A stretch of 58,697 bases of DNA, filler included, from Barthelona sp. PAP020 (lineage: Eukaryota): assembly GCA_040182905.1 (NCBI GenBank). It is 6 parts of 6 records of this genome, joined end to end, with 100 filler letters (N's around TTAATTAATTAA, not from the genome) between each part and the next. Parts side by side here need not be neighbours in the genome. Positions count along the whole stretch, not along the records: positions 39,345 to 48,987 come from JARQWU010000421.1; positions 49,088 to 58,697 come from JARQWU010000422.1; 4 more parts are not named here. The stretch is one strand, 5' to 3'. The stretch's first letter is position 1; the number at the start of each line of letters is the position of its first letter. The notes below the pieces were generated by a model, which was given only the letters and a program-made list of their open reading frames with translations, did not search any database and was not told where the DNA came from. Position numbers and translations under genes: made by a program. This document shows, piece after piece, positions 41,053 through 49,109 of the stretch.

Positions 41053-41685
41053 TTAACTTTTTGCAATTATTTTATTGTCGGATGTTACTTCGATTTTATT
41101 TTTGTATTTTGATGGAACACTTCTTTTTATAATATCACTTTCATTCCTTTTGTTGCCTAATTTTTCTTCAAGTTTTCGCATTGCTTCATTTGCTAATTTG
41201 TGCATATCATCAGGTAAATAGTTTGTGTCAGATACTACTGTTCCGTCATTAAGGATAGTAAATTTGATTTCAGTGCGTTTTTCTTTCTCCTTATTGTTTT
41301 TCGAGTAACCAACCATATAGAACCTGTCAACTTCAGTCTGATTTGGCTCAAAATCGTAATCTTTTTTTAATGAAAAACCTACATTTTTAAATTCTGATAA
41401 TATTGAACTTCGTGCATATTCAACATTTAATTTGTAAAAAACTTCTTTTAACTCATCTACAAGCTGCACACCATTTTTAAGGTAGTAACTATTATAAATA
41501 ACCTGACTTCCTTTAACCTTCATAGCATATTCGCCATGAACTTCTTGTTTAGGAATTTTAGTTATTGCAACTTCATCTGCTGTAACTTTATATTCCCAAT
41601 TCAAGCGTTGAGCTGCTTTTATAAGCACTTCTTTTGAAAAGATCTGTGGGTTTTTTAAAAATTTTGATGTTTCAAAACAAGACAT
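41053..41685 (-). CDS. DUF1257 (Ycf35)-like + DUF2997-like fusion protein
   Basis: N-terminal MSCFET...LIKAAQRLNW...EYARSSILSEFKNVGF resembles DUF1257; C-terminal EIKFTILNDGTV...LEEKLG resembles DUF2997; adjacent to a Ycf46-like ATPase. Confidence 0.65.
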   Translation of the reverse strand: MSCFETSKFLKNPQIFSKEVLIKAAQRLNWEYKVTADEVAITKIPKQEVHGEYAMKVKGSQVIYNSYYLKNGVQLVDELKEVFYKLNVEYARSSILSEFKNVGFSLKKDYDFEPNQTEVDRFYMVGYSKNNKEKEKRTEIKFTILNDGTVVSDTNYLPDDMHKLANEAMRKLEEKLGNKRNESDIIKRSVPSKYKNKIEVTSDNKIIAKS

Positions 41686-41686
41686 A

Positions 41687-44068
41687 TTATTTTCTCCTTT
41701 TGTTTGTTCTGTTTTTATTAGTTGACTTAGCCTGCTTTTTCATTCCAAGAATGTTTTTTAGTTCAGTGATGTTTTTTGCAGGTATCTCAAGCGTTTTAGC
41801 TTTAATACTCATTCCTTTGTCATTTGTTAATATGACAGGATTTCGCTTCATGTACTGAAGTGCAACAGAAAATATGATATTATCTGGTGATTTCTTATTA
41901 AAATCACTTGGTAAATTATCTATTTTACTTGTGTTAAATCTGATGTTTTTATCTTGACGATGTTTGTGGATATTACGAATCGCATTTTGAGCTTTATCTT
42001 TTAAGTCTGGTTTTACTTTTAAGTTATCCAACTCATCAATTACTTTCCCTGAAAATATAATTGTTTGCTGTTGCCCGATTATTTCTATAATATTTGGTTC
42101 TTCAAGTAAGATATTTGTGTCAATAATAATAGATTTCCTTTGACTTGCAATTTCAATATCCTTTTTTGTTGTTTTTAGTTTAGCTTCCAATTCAACAAAA
42201 AGAGTAAATTCTTCATCAAGGCACTTTTCTTTTTCCTTCTCTATTTGAGCTTCAATTTTTTCAATAAAACCTATTGTTGGATTTGTATTTTCCGTAAATT
42301 TCTTACTTAACTTCTCAATATCAGAATTGATTTTATGCATTCTATTTTGTAGTATAGAATTAATAGCTTGCTGCTTTTGTCTTTCTAAATTCTGGAAATA
42401 GTTACTTGAATTTCCCAAGGTTTTAAACGGGAGTAATTTTGTGTCAATATTGTTTGTTTCTGCTATTTTATCCTTATCTGTTTCATCATCTGTATTCAAT
42501 TCATTAAAAAACACTTTGATATTTTTATCTACAATTGGAACATACTCTTTTGCAAAAGATACGCGATATTTATTCAAATACTTTTCTTCTAAATCAAACT
42601 CAGTTATATTCCGGCATAAGAAGTGCTTTTCAATTTGATGCAAATCTCCGTTAATGGAAATTGGAATATTAGACTTCTCTCTTTTAAATACATTCCAAGT
42701 TTTATTATTAGATTTGAACAAAACATTAAACTCAACAACTGAGTCCATCAAAAGAATATAGACATTCTGGAATTGTTCAACAGCCTTGTTTATTTCGTCA
42801 TAAAGTTGCTGCGATATCTCATTATTTTCTAGATAGATGAAAAAGTATTTTTCCTTAGAATTAATAGTTAAATTCTTTATGGCATCTATCTCTTTTTTAG
42901 AAACATCTTTCAGTAAGAACCAAATTTCTTGTTTAGAAAACTCAATGAATTTTGAAATGTTATTGAAAAATATTTCCGGTTCAATAAACAAAGAATCCTT
43001 GTAGTATTCATCCAAAATGGCAATAGCTTCTTCTGTACTTTTCTCCTCTAACGCCACATTTATCTTCTTCTGATAATTCGTTAAATTTTCTGCAATATTG
43101 TTTTTCTCAATATTATAATCTTGCAACTGATAGTTTGAATTAACAAAATCTATAAAGGTTTTGTGATTGATTCTTTTACAATCATATTCTGAGAAAAAAT
43201 CATTTGCGGATTTACTAGTTGGTTCAAATACAATTGAACTAAGTTTTCCATTCGTAATATCAAGTAGATATATTCTGTATAATATTGTTTTGAAATGGCT
43301 TACGTTGATACATTCAGAATCTTTAAAAGAACTTAATGTGTCAGGATTATATATCTGAGGAATTTGACTTTTTGCAAATGTTTTTAAGAATCCTTCATCC
43401 TCAAAGTCTATTTTGCAATCACCATTCTCTACTCTAACTCCTTTGATGAATTCAAAATTATCTTTTGCATTTAAATGCTGACTACTTGTATAGTCAAAGT
43501 ACAATTCAAAAGTTTTGTTTTGATGTGTCTTGAATTTTTTGCCTTTCGTAACATATTCTTTTCCAATTGCTGTAAGAGTGCAATATGAAAAATCAATATC
43601 CCCACCATCTATCATTTCAAATTCTTGCAGCGATTGCAGTGCTTCCTTTAGAATTTCATATTCGGCTAAATCTTTATATTTTTTCTGAGAAGGATTATCA
43701 ACTACGTTAAAACCCAAAATTTCCCCAATTTGCTCCAAACTTAGATGTTCTTCTATTTGTAATAATCCACAAATTGTTTTATCAAACAAAGTAAAGTCTA
43801 TTGCTTCAGTGCATGTTGCTGAATATTTTGCTTTGGAGAAGAACCATTCGATTTCTTCATAACCAAGATATATTTCTGTTAATTTTTTATCAGAATGTGA
43901 TGTGCTAAATAAAAAATTCTCTATTTCAGTTTTTATATCTATTGCAGGCTCTTTTGTTAGTGCGGCTTTTCTATCAGGTCTTGTGCGTAAGTTTATTAAA
44001 GAAAGGTCTATCTTTCCTAAAATTCCTGCATCAGGATTCTCATTATTTGAATTAGAACTATTTGTCAT
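41687..44068 (-). CDS. Large protein: wHTH-like N-terminus, coiled coil, C-terminal PIN (PhoH-N/Swt1/SMG6-like) RNase
   Basis: IIIDTNILL, VIDELDNLK, PDNIIFSVA and ILTNDKGMSIKA, with the acidic catalytic residues intact; LSLEQIGEILGF...LTAIGKEY is wHTH-like. Confidence 0.85.
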   Translation of the reverse strand: MTNSSNSNNENPDAGILGKIDLSLINLRTRPDRKAALTKEPAIDIKTEIENFLFSTSHSDKKLTEIYLGYEEIEWFFSKAKYSATCTEAIDFTLFDKTICGLLQIEEHLSLEQIGEILGFNVVDNPSQKKYKDLAEYEILKEALQSLQEFEMIDGGDIDFSYCTLTAIGKEYVTKGKKFKTHQNKTFELYFDYTSSQHLNAKDNFEFIKGVRVENGDCKIDFEDEGFLKTFAKSQIPQIYNPDTLSSFKDSECINVSHFKTILYRIYLLDITNGKLSSIVFEPTSKSANDFFSEYDCKRINHKTFIDFVNSNYQLQDYNIEKNNIAENLTNYQKKINVALEEKSTEEAIAILDEYYKDSLFIEPEIFFNNISKFIEFSKQEIWFLLKDVSKKEIDAIKNLTINSKEKYFFIYLENNEISQQLYDEINKAVEQFQNVYILLMDSVVEFNVLFKSNNKTWNVFKREKSNIPISINGDLHQIEKHFLCRNITEFDLEEKYLNKYRVSFAKEYVPIVDKNIKVFFNELNTDDETDKDKIAETNNIDTKLLPFKTLGNSSNYFQNLERQKQQAINSILQNRMHKINSDIEKLSKKFTENTNPTIGFIEKIEAQIEKEKEKCLDEEFTLFVELEAKLKTTKKDIEIASQRKSIIIDTNILLEEPNIIEIIGQQQTIIFSGKVIDELDNLKVKPDLKDKAQNAIRNIHKHRQDKNIRFNTSKIDNLPSDFNKKSPDNIIFSVALQYMKRNPVILTNDKGMSIKAKTLEIPAKNITELKNILGMKKQAKSTNKNRTNKRRK

Positions 44069-47000
44069 TGCTAAATTTCTTTTTCAATTCATTGTAATTG
44101 ATTATCATTCCTTCGTTTCCGATTATCTCTACGACATTTTTATAAATTCTATCCCCTGTATTGTTTTGATATTGTGAAAAGAAATTCTTATTACCTACAA
44201 CAATTAACAACCTTTTAGCGCGTGAAAGAGCAACATTTAAACGTTGAGGTGATTTTGCGAAACCAATATCTCTATTAGGTCGGATTTTACCATTATCAAT
44301 AACCTGATTACTCCTTACTGTTGAAACAATAATTATATTTCGTTCCATCCCTTGAAACTTATCTACAGTATTTAGTCTTACAGGAATATTTAGCTTGCTT
44401 CTTGAATATTTTGCAACTTTCCTTAGTAACCCAACTTGATGTCCATAAAAGCTAATTAATCCAATTTCTTCTTCTTCTTTTTTTTTGTTTTCATCTTTAA
44501 TACCATCCCAGTGTTCCATATATTCTGTAAAACCATTTGCTTTTTTCAATAGTTTCAAGACTAATGAAATAGCCTCAACTTCTGAAGTATTTGTTCTTGA
44601 TGTACCACTTTTTTTTTCAGGTTCATCAACATCAATCCATATTGTATGTATGTCAGGTTTAATAAAATCTTTTAAAAGAAAACCGTGATGCCTTGAAAAT
44701 GGATTATTTAAATTAGTGTCATCTGCATTCTCAATTATTGGTTTTCCTGGCTCCAATCCCCCTTCTTCAAGATAAAATTGCTTAATAACGTTATTGATTT
44801 TAGGGTGCATCCTGTATTGCTCATTGAATGATGATTTAATTGTAGGAGAAACATTTGGATGAGTGATAAGCCTTTCAAATTGAGAAGTTTCAACGAAATC
44901 CTTATCAATTTCTTCCGCCAATTCTTTAGCTTCTTTAGTTTCAAGAGTTTCTAACACTTCTTTAAAAGATTTATCGTGCAACATTGGAGGTAATTGGCGG
45001 TGGTCACCAATAATGATATTCTTTTTACCATAGCACATTGGTAATAATAATTCTGGTGGAGTTGCTTTACTTGCTTCGTCTGTTATAACTGTATCAAATT
45101 CAGTTGAGATTAGAAGAGATTCATTTTTTCTGTTTATCAATGAACCAAAACGCAAGTATATGTTAGCAAGCTTAGCCGCTAATTGTTCATTATATCCATT
45201 GTTTACGAAACGTTCAATTATTTTGTCTTCATCAATTTCACCTTTAATTGATTGAACAATTTTCTGATTTTTTGTAGCTAGTTTATGCCAAAAATATGTT
45301 TTACTTATATCTTCAACCTCATCTTTTTTTTCATTAAAAAGGTTTTGATAATCAGCTCCAAAATTTGGACTCCCTGCCGAACTACTTGTACTGCCAACAA
45401 CATTACAGTACTTAAAATATTTATCTTTAAAAAGAGTTTTCATTTTTTTTTGAGGTTGCGCCATTTCAAATGCCCAACCCCTCATTATGTCCCCATATTT
45501 GGGATTCGTTTGGTGAGAATTGTCAGCTATTCTTCGCATCCACAATTGAACAGCATTGTTGTTAAAATTTTCATATACTATTTCCTCTTCCGATTCTTCA
45601 TCTTCGTTAACTTCATTTTCATATAAATCATCAACTACAATATTCTCGTCAATCCATTTCATTATTCTTTCAAAAGAGTATTTTTTTCCTTCTTCCTCGA
45701 ATTTTGAAGCTCTACCGAAACGAATTGGTTTTACAATTGTGTGTTCTTTATTTAAAAGTTTTTCAAGAGCGTTATCTACAGCAAGATTAGTTTCAGATGT
45801 CAGCAATATTCTTTGTTGCTGGTTTGTTCTAATCATTTGCCAAATCATTTCAGCAATTACTGTTGTTTTTCCTGTTCCTGGAGGACCTTGTAATAAAGCT
45901 AAATCCGTGGCGTGTAATGCAGATAAGATGGCTCTGCGTTGTGAATTATTTAGAGTTAACAGTTCATGCCTTTTTAATTCGTTCCAATCTTCTGTGTCTT
46001 CTGATAAATTCCTAAAAACTTCTGTCGCTTTTGAACTATCAAAAACAAATTCTTTAAGTTTTTCATTTACAGGTTTGCTATCTAATCCTTCCTGTGGATT
46101 AATAACTTTATTCATGGCTTCATTAAGCCAAGTAATTTTTGCTTGGTCTCCTCGCAAGTTAGGAATAACTGTATTTACGTGAGGTTCTTTATCTATGAAT
46201 TTTAGAAAATTATCAGTTTGTTTTTTCTCATCTTTCCATTTGTAAGGAAGATTAAAAACTAGATTATTGTAATCTGAAATTTTAGCAGCAAGGTTTCCTA
46301 TTGGCAAAAACTTTTTTCTTCTGGTTTCTTGATTTTCTATTGCAACTCTAAATTCTACTCCAGCAAGATTTTTCAATTTATCCTCAAATGCTTCTTTTTG
46401 AGATTTTTTTGCTATTAAATTTATTTTAACCTTGAATTTGAAATCATCATCTAATGGTGATTTTACGATATTGAATTGATTTAATGATTTAATTTTATTA
46501 AATCGATATTCGAGTTCTTCCTTATTTTCAAATTCAAATGCAATATTTTTATACTCGCCAAATTCGACTTCAAATTCAAAGTCATGAAAATCTCGTTTTA
46601 AATTATTCCAAAATTCATCATCAAAGCCTGTAGTTATTTCTGAACCTAAAGTATATACTTCGCCAAGATTAAATTTTACGCTTTTTGCACCTTCATCAAA
46701 AAGTGTTTTTCTTTTTCTCAAAAGTCTATCTTTAAATTCTGATTTGGATTTTGAAACAAATGAGAAAGAGGAATCGGGTCTAAACCATTTATTAACTGTA
46801 TCTTTTACTGGTAGACCATCTTTGTTAATTACGGAAAACCTACCTATAAGCCCTTTCCTTTGAAGTTTAAATTTTTGAATTATTTCTTTAGGCAAAACTG
46901 CTATTTTATCACTACTGTTATAAAACTCAACAGTGTTTTCTTCTGTGCCGTTTCGGACAAAAAGATTCCAGTTTAATTTCTCTAATTCATTTTTAACTAT

Positions 47001-47813
47001 TTGAGAATTGACAAACGGGCGGATTTTTAAAATGCAGGCGATTTTTCTGTTCCTTTCAAAAGTGTCTGAAAAATCCTTACTTATTACTTTATCAATACCT
47101 CTGAAAATATCATTAAGTTTTAATAGAATTACATCTCCTTCAAATTTATCTTCTATTTCAAAGGGATTCTTTTTTATTGCTTCTTGCAATGCTTCATATT
47201 CTGGATTTTCTTTTTGCTTGAGTTTTGTCCTAAACTGCATTCTGATGGAGCTAACATCAATTGGTTGGTCGTATCCTGAAATTTCAATCGGCTGAGAATT
47301 CTTTTCCAAAATCAACTCTTGTGCTTCAATCCATTTTTCCCATATTTCTTGTTGATTTTCAATGTTTGATTTTGGAGAAATCTCTAGCTCACAAATTTTA
47401 CCATATAAGTTTTGCTGTTCTCTGCTTGGAAAAGGTGTATCATTGAAGTCAATTAAAGAAATGTTACAATCTTCCTGAATATAGTATTTACTAATTTCAA
47501 CGCTTTTGTATTCTTGAATTATTCTTTTTGATTTCTTGTTTATTACAGCTTTGTAATCATGAGTTTTTGGTAACCATTTTAATGTAAGGTCAATGTTCTT
47601 ATTTGTGTCTTCAATTGAAATTAACAATTTGTGCTCATCAGCATTCTTTTTACTGAATAAGCATTGATACTGATTCGAACTTAACCAATTTTTTAAATCA
47701 TCAAAAGTTCCATGATTTTGTTGATTTAACATTTGAATTGTTTTTTTGTCAAAACGAATAACAATGTCAATCACATCATCATTAAATATGTCTTCTTCGT
47801 TTCTATATGCCAT
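44058..47813 (-). CDS. UPF1/DNA2-like superfamily-1 helicase with ~550-aa unrecognised N-terminal region
   Basis: LNNSQRRA, QGPPGTGKTT, SETNLAVDN, ITDEASKA, GDHRQLPP, QYRMHP, TVDKFQGMER and RLNVALSRAK. Confidence 0.93.
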   Translation of the reverse strand: MAYRNEEDIFNDDVIDIVIRFDKKTIQMLNQQNHGTFDDLKNWLSSNQYQCLFSKKNADEHKLLISIEDTNKNIDLTLKWLPKTHDYKAVINKKSKRIIQEYKSVEISKYYIQEDCNISLIDFNDTPFPSREQQNLYGKICELEISPKSNIENQQEIWEKWIEAQELILEKNSQPIEISGYDQPIDVSSIRMQFRTKLKQKENPEYEALQEAIKKNPFEIEDKFEGDVILLKLNDIFRGIDKVISKDFSDTFERNRKIACILKIRPFVNSQIVKNELEKLNWNLFVRNGTEENTVEFYNSSDKIAVLPKEIIQKFKLQRKGLIGRFSVINKDGLPVKDTVNKWFRPDSSFSFVSKSKSEFKDRLLRKRKTLFDEGAKSVKFNLGEVYTLGSEITTGFDDEFWNNLKRDFHDFEFEVEFGEYKNIAFEFENKEELEYRFNKIKSLNQFNIVKSPLDDDFKFKVKINLIAKKSQKEAFEDKLKNLAGVEFRVAIENQETRRKKFLPIGNLAAKISDYNNLVFNLPYKWKDEKKQTDNFLKFIDKEPHVNTVIPNLRGDQAKITWLNEAMNKVINPQEGLDSKPVNEKLKEFVFDSSKATEVFRNLSEDTEDWNELKRHELLTLNNSQRRAILSALHATDLALLQGPPGTGKTTVIAEMIWQMIRTNQQQRILLTSETNLAVDNALEKLLNKEHTIVKPIRFGRASKFEEEGKKYSFERIMKWIDENIVVDDLYENEVNEDEESEEEIVYENFNNNAVQLWMRRIADNSHQTNPKYGDIMRGWAFEMAQPQKKMKTLFKDKYFKYCNVVGSTSSSAGSPNFGADYQNLFNEKKDEVEDISKTYFWHKLATKNQKIVQSIKGEIDEDKIIERFVNNGYNEQLAAKLANIYLRFGSLINRKNESLLISTEFDTVITDEASKATPPELLLPMCYGKKNIIIGDHRQLPPMLHDKSFKEVLETLETKEAKELAEEIDKDFVETSQFERLITHPNVSPTIKSSFNEQYRMHPKINNVIKQFYLEEGGLEPGKPIIENADDTNLNNPFSRHHGFLLKDFIKPDIHTIWIDVDEPEKKSGTSRTNTSEVEAISLVLKLLKKANGFTEYMEHWDGIKDENKKKEEEEIGLISFYGHQVGLLRKVAKYSRSKLNIPVRLNTVDKFQGMERNIIIVSTVRSNQVIDNGKIRPNRDIGFAKSPQRLNVALSRAKRLLIVVGNKNFFSQYQNNTGDRIYKNVVEIIGNEGMIINYNELKKKFSNDK

Positions 47814-48801
47814 TATCTATGTGATAGTTTAATAGTTTTATTGTTAACCCTTTGTAAATTTTACAATACCAATCAAGCAAATTAGTATTGTTTTCTTCTG
47901 TTGTAATCAAACATTGAGTCTGACAATAATCTTTAATAATACATTCGTTACATCTTTGTGAATCAGCTAAATTCTGTTTTCTTGAATTAAACTGCTCACT
48001 TATTAAATTCCAATTATCTTGAAAAGTCCCTAAACTTGAATTTGAATAAGGACACATACTAATTTTGCCGTCAGGCAAAATAGCTATTGTTTCTCCCTTT
48101 GTTGCAGGGCAAAATCCATTTCGGTTGTCTGAAATTAAGTTGAGAAATGGATAAAGCCATGTTCCTTCCACACTCAAACCTCTTTCATTTGCAAAAACGT
48201 ATAGATTGAAAACTCTATCAATTACACTTTCAGGTTTTAAGTTAATTCCATAATAATCGATATTTAATCGCCAAGTTTTTATTTTCAAATGTTCAAGTGT
48301 CATGATAAAGTCAGTTGAAATTTTCTGAATGTTTTCGTTTTTTAATGTTGTTGTTAATGAGTTGAGCAAAATATCGTTTTTATTTAATCGCTCAATACTA
48401 GAAACAATTTCATCATAACTCCCGTCACCTCTTACTTTATCATTTTCATATTTCAATCCATCAAGCGATGTATGAACCTGAACTTTATTTGCTTTTATAA
48501 ATTCAATGATTTCTGAATTTAGCAAAATCAAATTTGAATAGATACTATAGTCAATTTCTTTATTTGTTGCGTTCTGAGTTTGCTTTATGATTTTTGTTAA
48601 AGAATTCCATTTCAAAAATGGTTCTCCTCCAGTAAAATGGATTTGATATTTCTCGGAACTCTCATTTTGTATTATTCTATGAATTAATCTACTATGGTCA
48701 ATATCTTTTTCTTCTGAAATTTTTGTCCGAATACAATCTGTACAATCAAGATTACAATCATTATCTAATACAATATCAATTCTGTAAGGTTGATACCGCA
48801 C
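47803..48801 (-). CDS. Radical SAM protein with C-terminal SPASM domain
   Basis: CNLDCTDC (CxxxCxxC), FTGGEPFL, SLDG and SPASM cysteines CPA...PDGKISMCP...CNECIIKDYCQTQC...YC. Probable GTG start at 48801, because the listed extension to 48936 merely reads through the hairpin repeat. Confidence 0.88.
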   Translation of the reverse strand: MRYQPYRIDIVLDNDCNLDCTDCIRTKISEEKDIDHSRLIHRIIQNESSEKYQIHFTGGEPFLKWNSLTKIIKQTQNATNKEIDYSIYSNLILLNSEIIEFIKANKVQVHTSLDGLKYENDKVRGDGSYDEIVSSIERLNKNDILLNSLTTTLKNENIQKISTDFIMTLEHLKIKTWRLNIDYYGINLKPESVIDRVFNLYVFANERGLSVEGTWLYPFLNLISDNRNGFCPATKGETIAILPDGKISMCPYSNSSLGTFQDNWNLISEQFNSRKQNLADSQRCNECIIKDYCQTQCLITTEENNTNLLDWYCKIYKGLTIKLLNYHIDNGI

Positions 48802-48839
48802 TAATTTTGGGCAAGTCTCTGGTTGTGGGTCGGCTAAAA

Positions 48840-48914
48840 TTGCACTCTTTTGCAAATTTTGGTTTGAGGGTTGGCTCGTGGGATTTGCAAATGTGTGCAA
48901 TGTGCGTGGGCTTT
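48840..48914. repeat. Hairpin-forming direct repeat, copy B (upstream of the operon)
   Basis: Perfect stems TTGCAC/GTGCAA and TTTGCAAAT/ATTTGCAAA; homologous to 39361-39437. Confidence 0.85.
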
Positions 48915-48987
48915 CTATGTCATTATCTCTACTCAATTTTAGTTATTATTTCAATGTTCGTGGTCTTTTTAGCATTACCCCCAACTT

Positions 48988-49087
48988 NNNNNNNNNNNNN
49001 NNNNNNNNNNNNNNNNNNNNNNNNNNNNNNNTTAATTAATTAANNNNNNNNNNNNNNNNNNNNNNNNNNNNNNNNNNNNNNNNNNNN
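48988..49087. other. Artificial contig linker
   Basis: N44-TTAATTAATTAA-N44. Confidence 0.99.
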
Positions 49088-49109
49088 TTTAATTTCTTTT
49101 TAATACCCA

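Noticed and set aside
47803..48801. Radical SAM gene as a prokaryotic viperin
   Set aside because: It has a cysteine-rich SPASM C-terminus and lacks recognisable viperin-specific motifs
48802..48936. 45-aa N-terminal extension of the radical SAM ORF as a fused leader/precursor peptide
   Set aside because: It starts at TTG and runs through hairpin repeat B, whose homolog (copy A) is non-coding; GTG at 48801 gives a normal-length domain
9813..49087. Recurrent TTAATTAATTAA palindrome within N runs (five copies)
   Set aside because: Synthetic six-frame-stop linker of constant 100-nt length between length-sorted contigs; not biological
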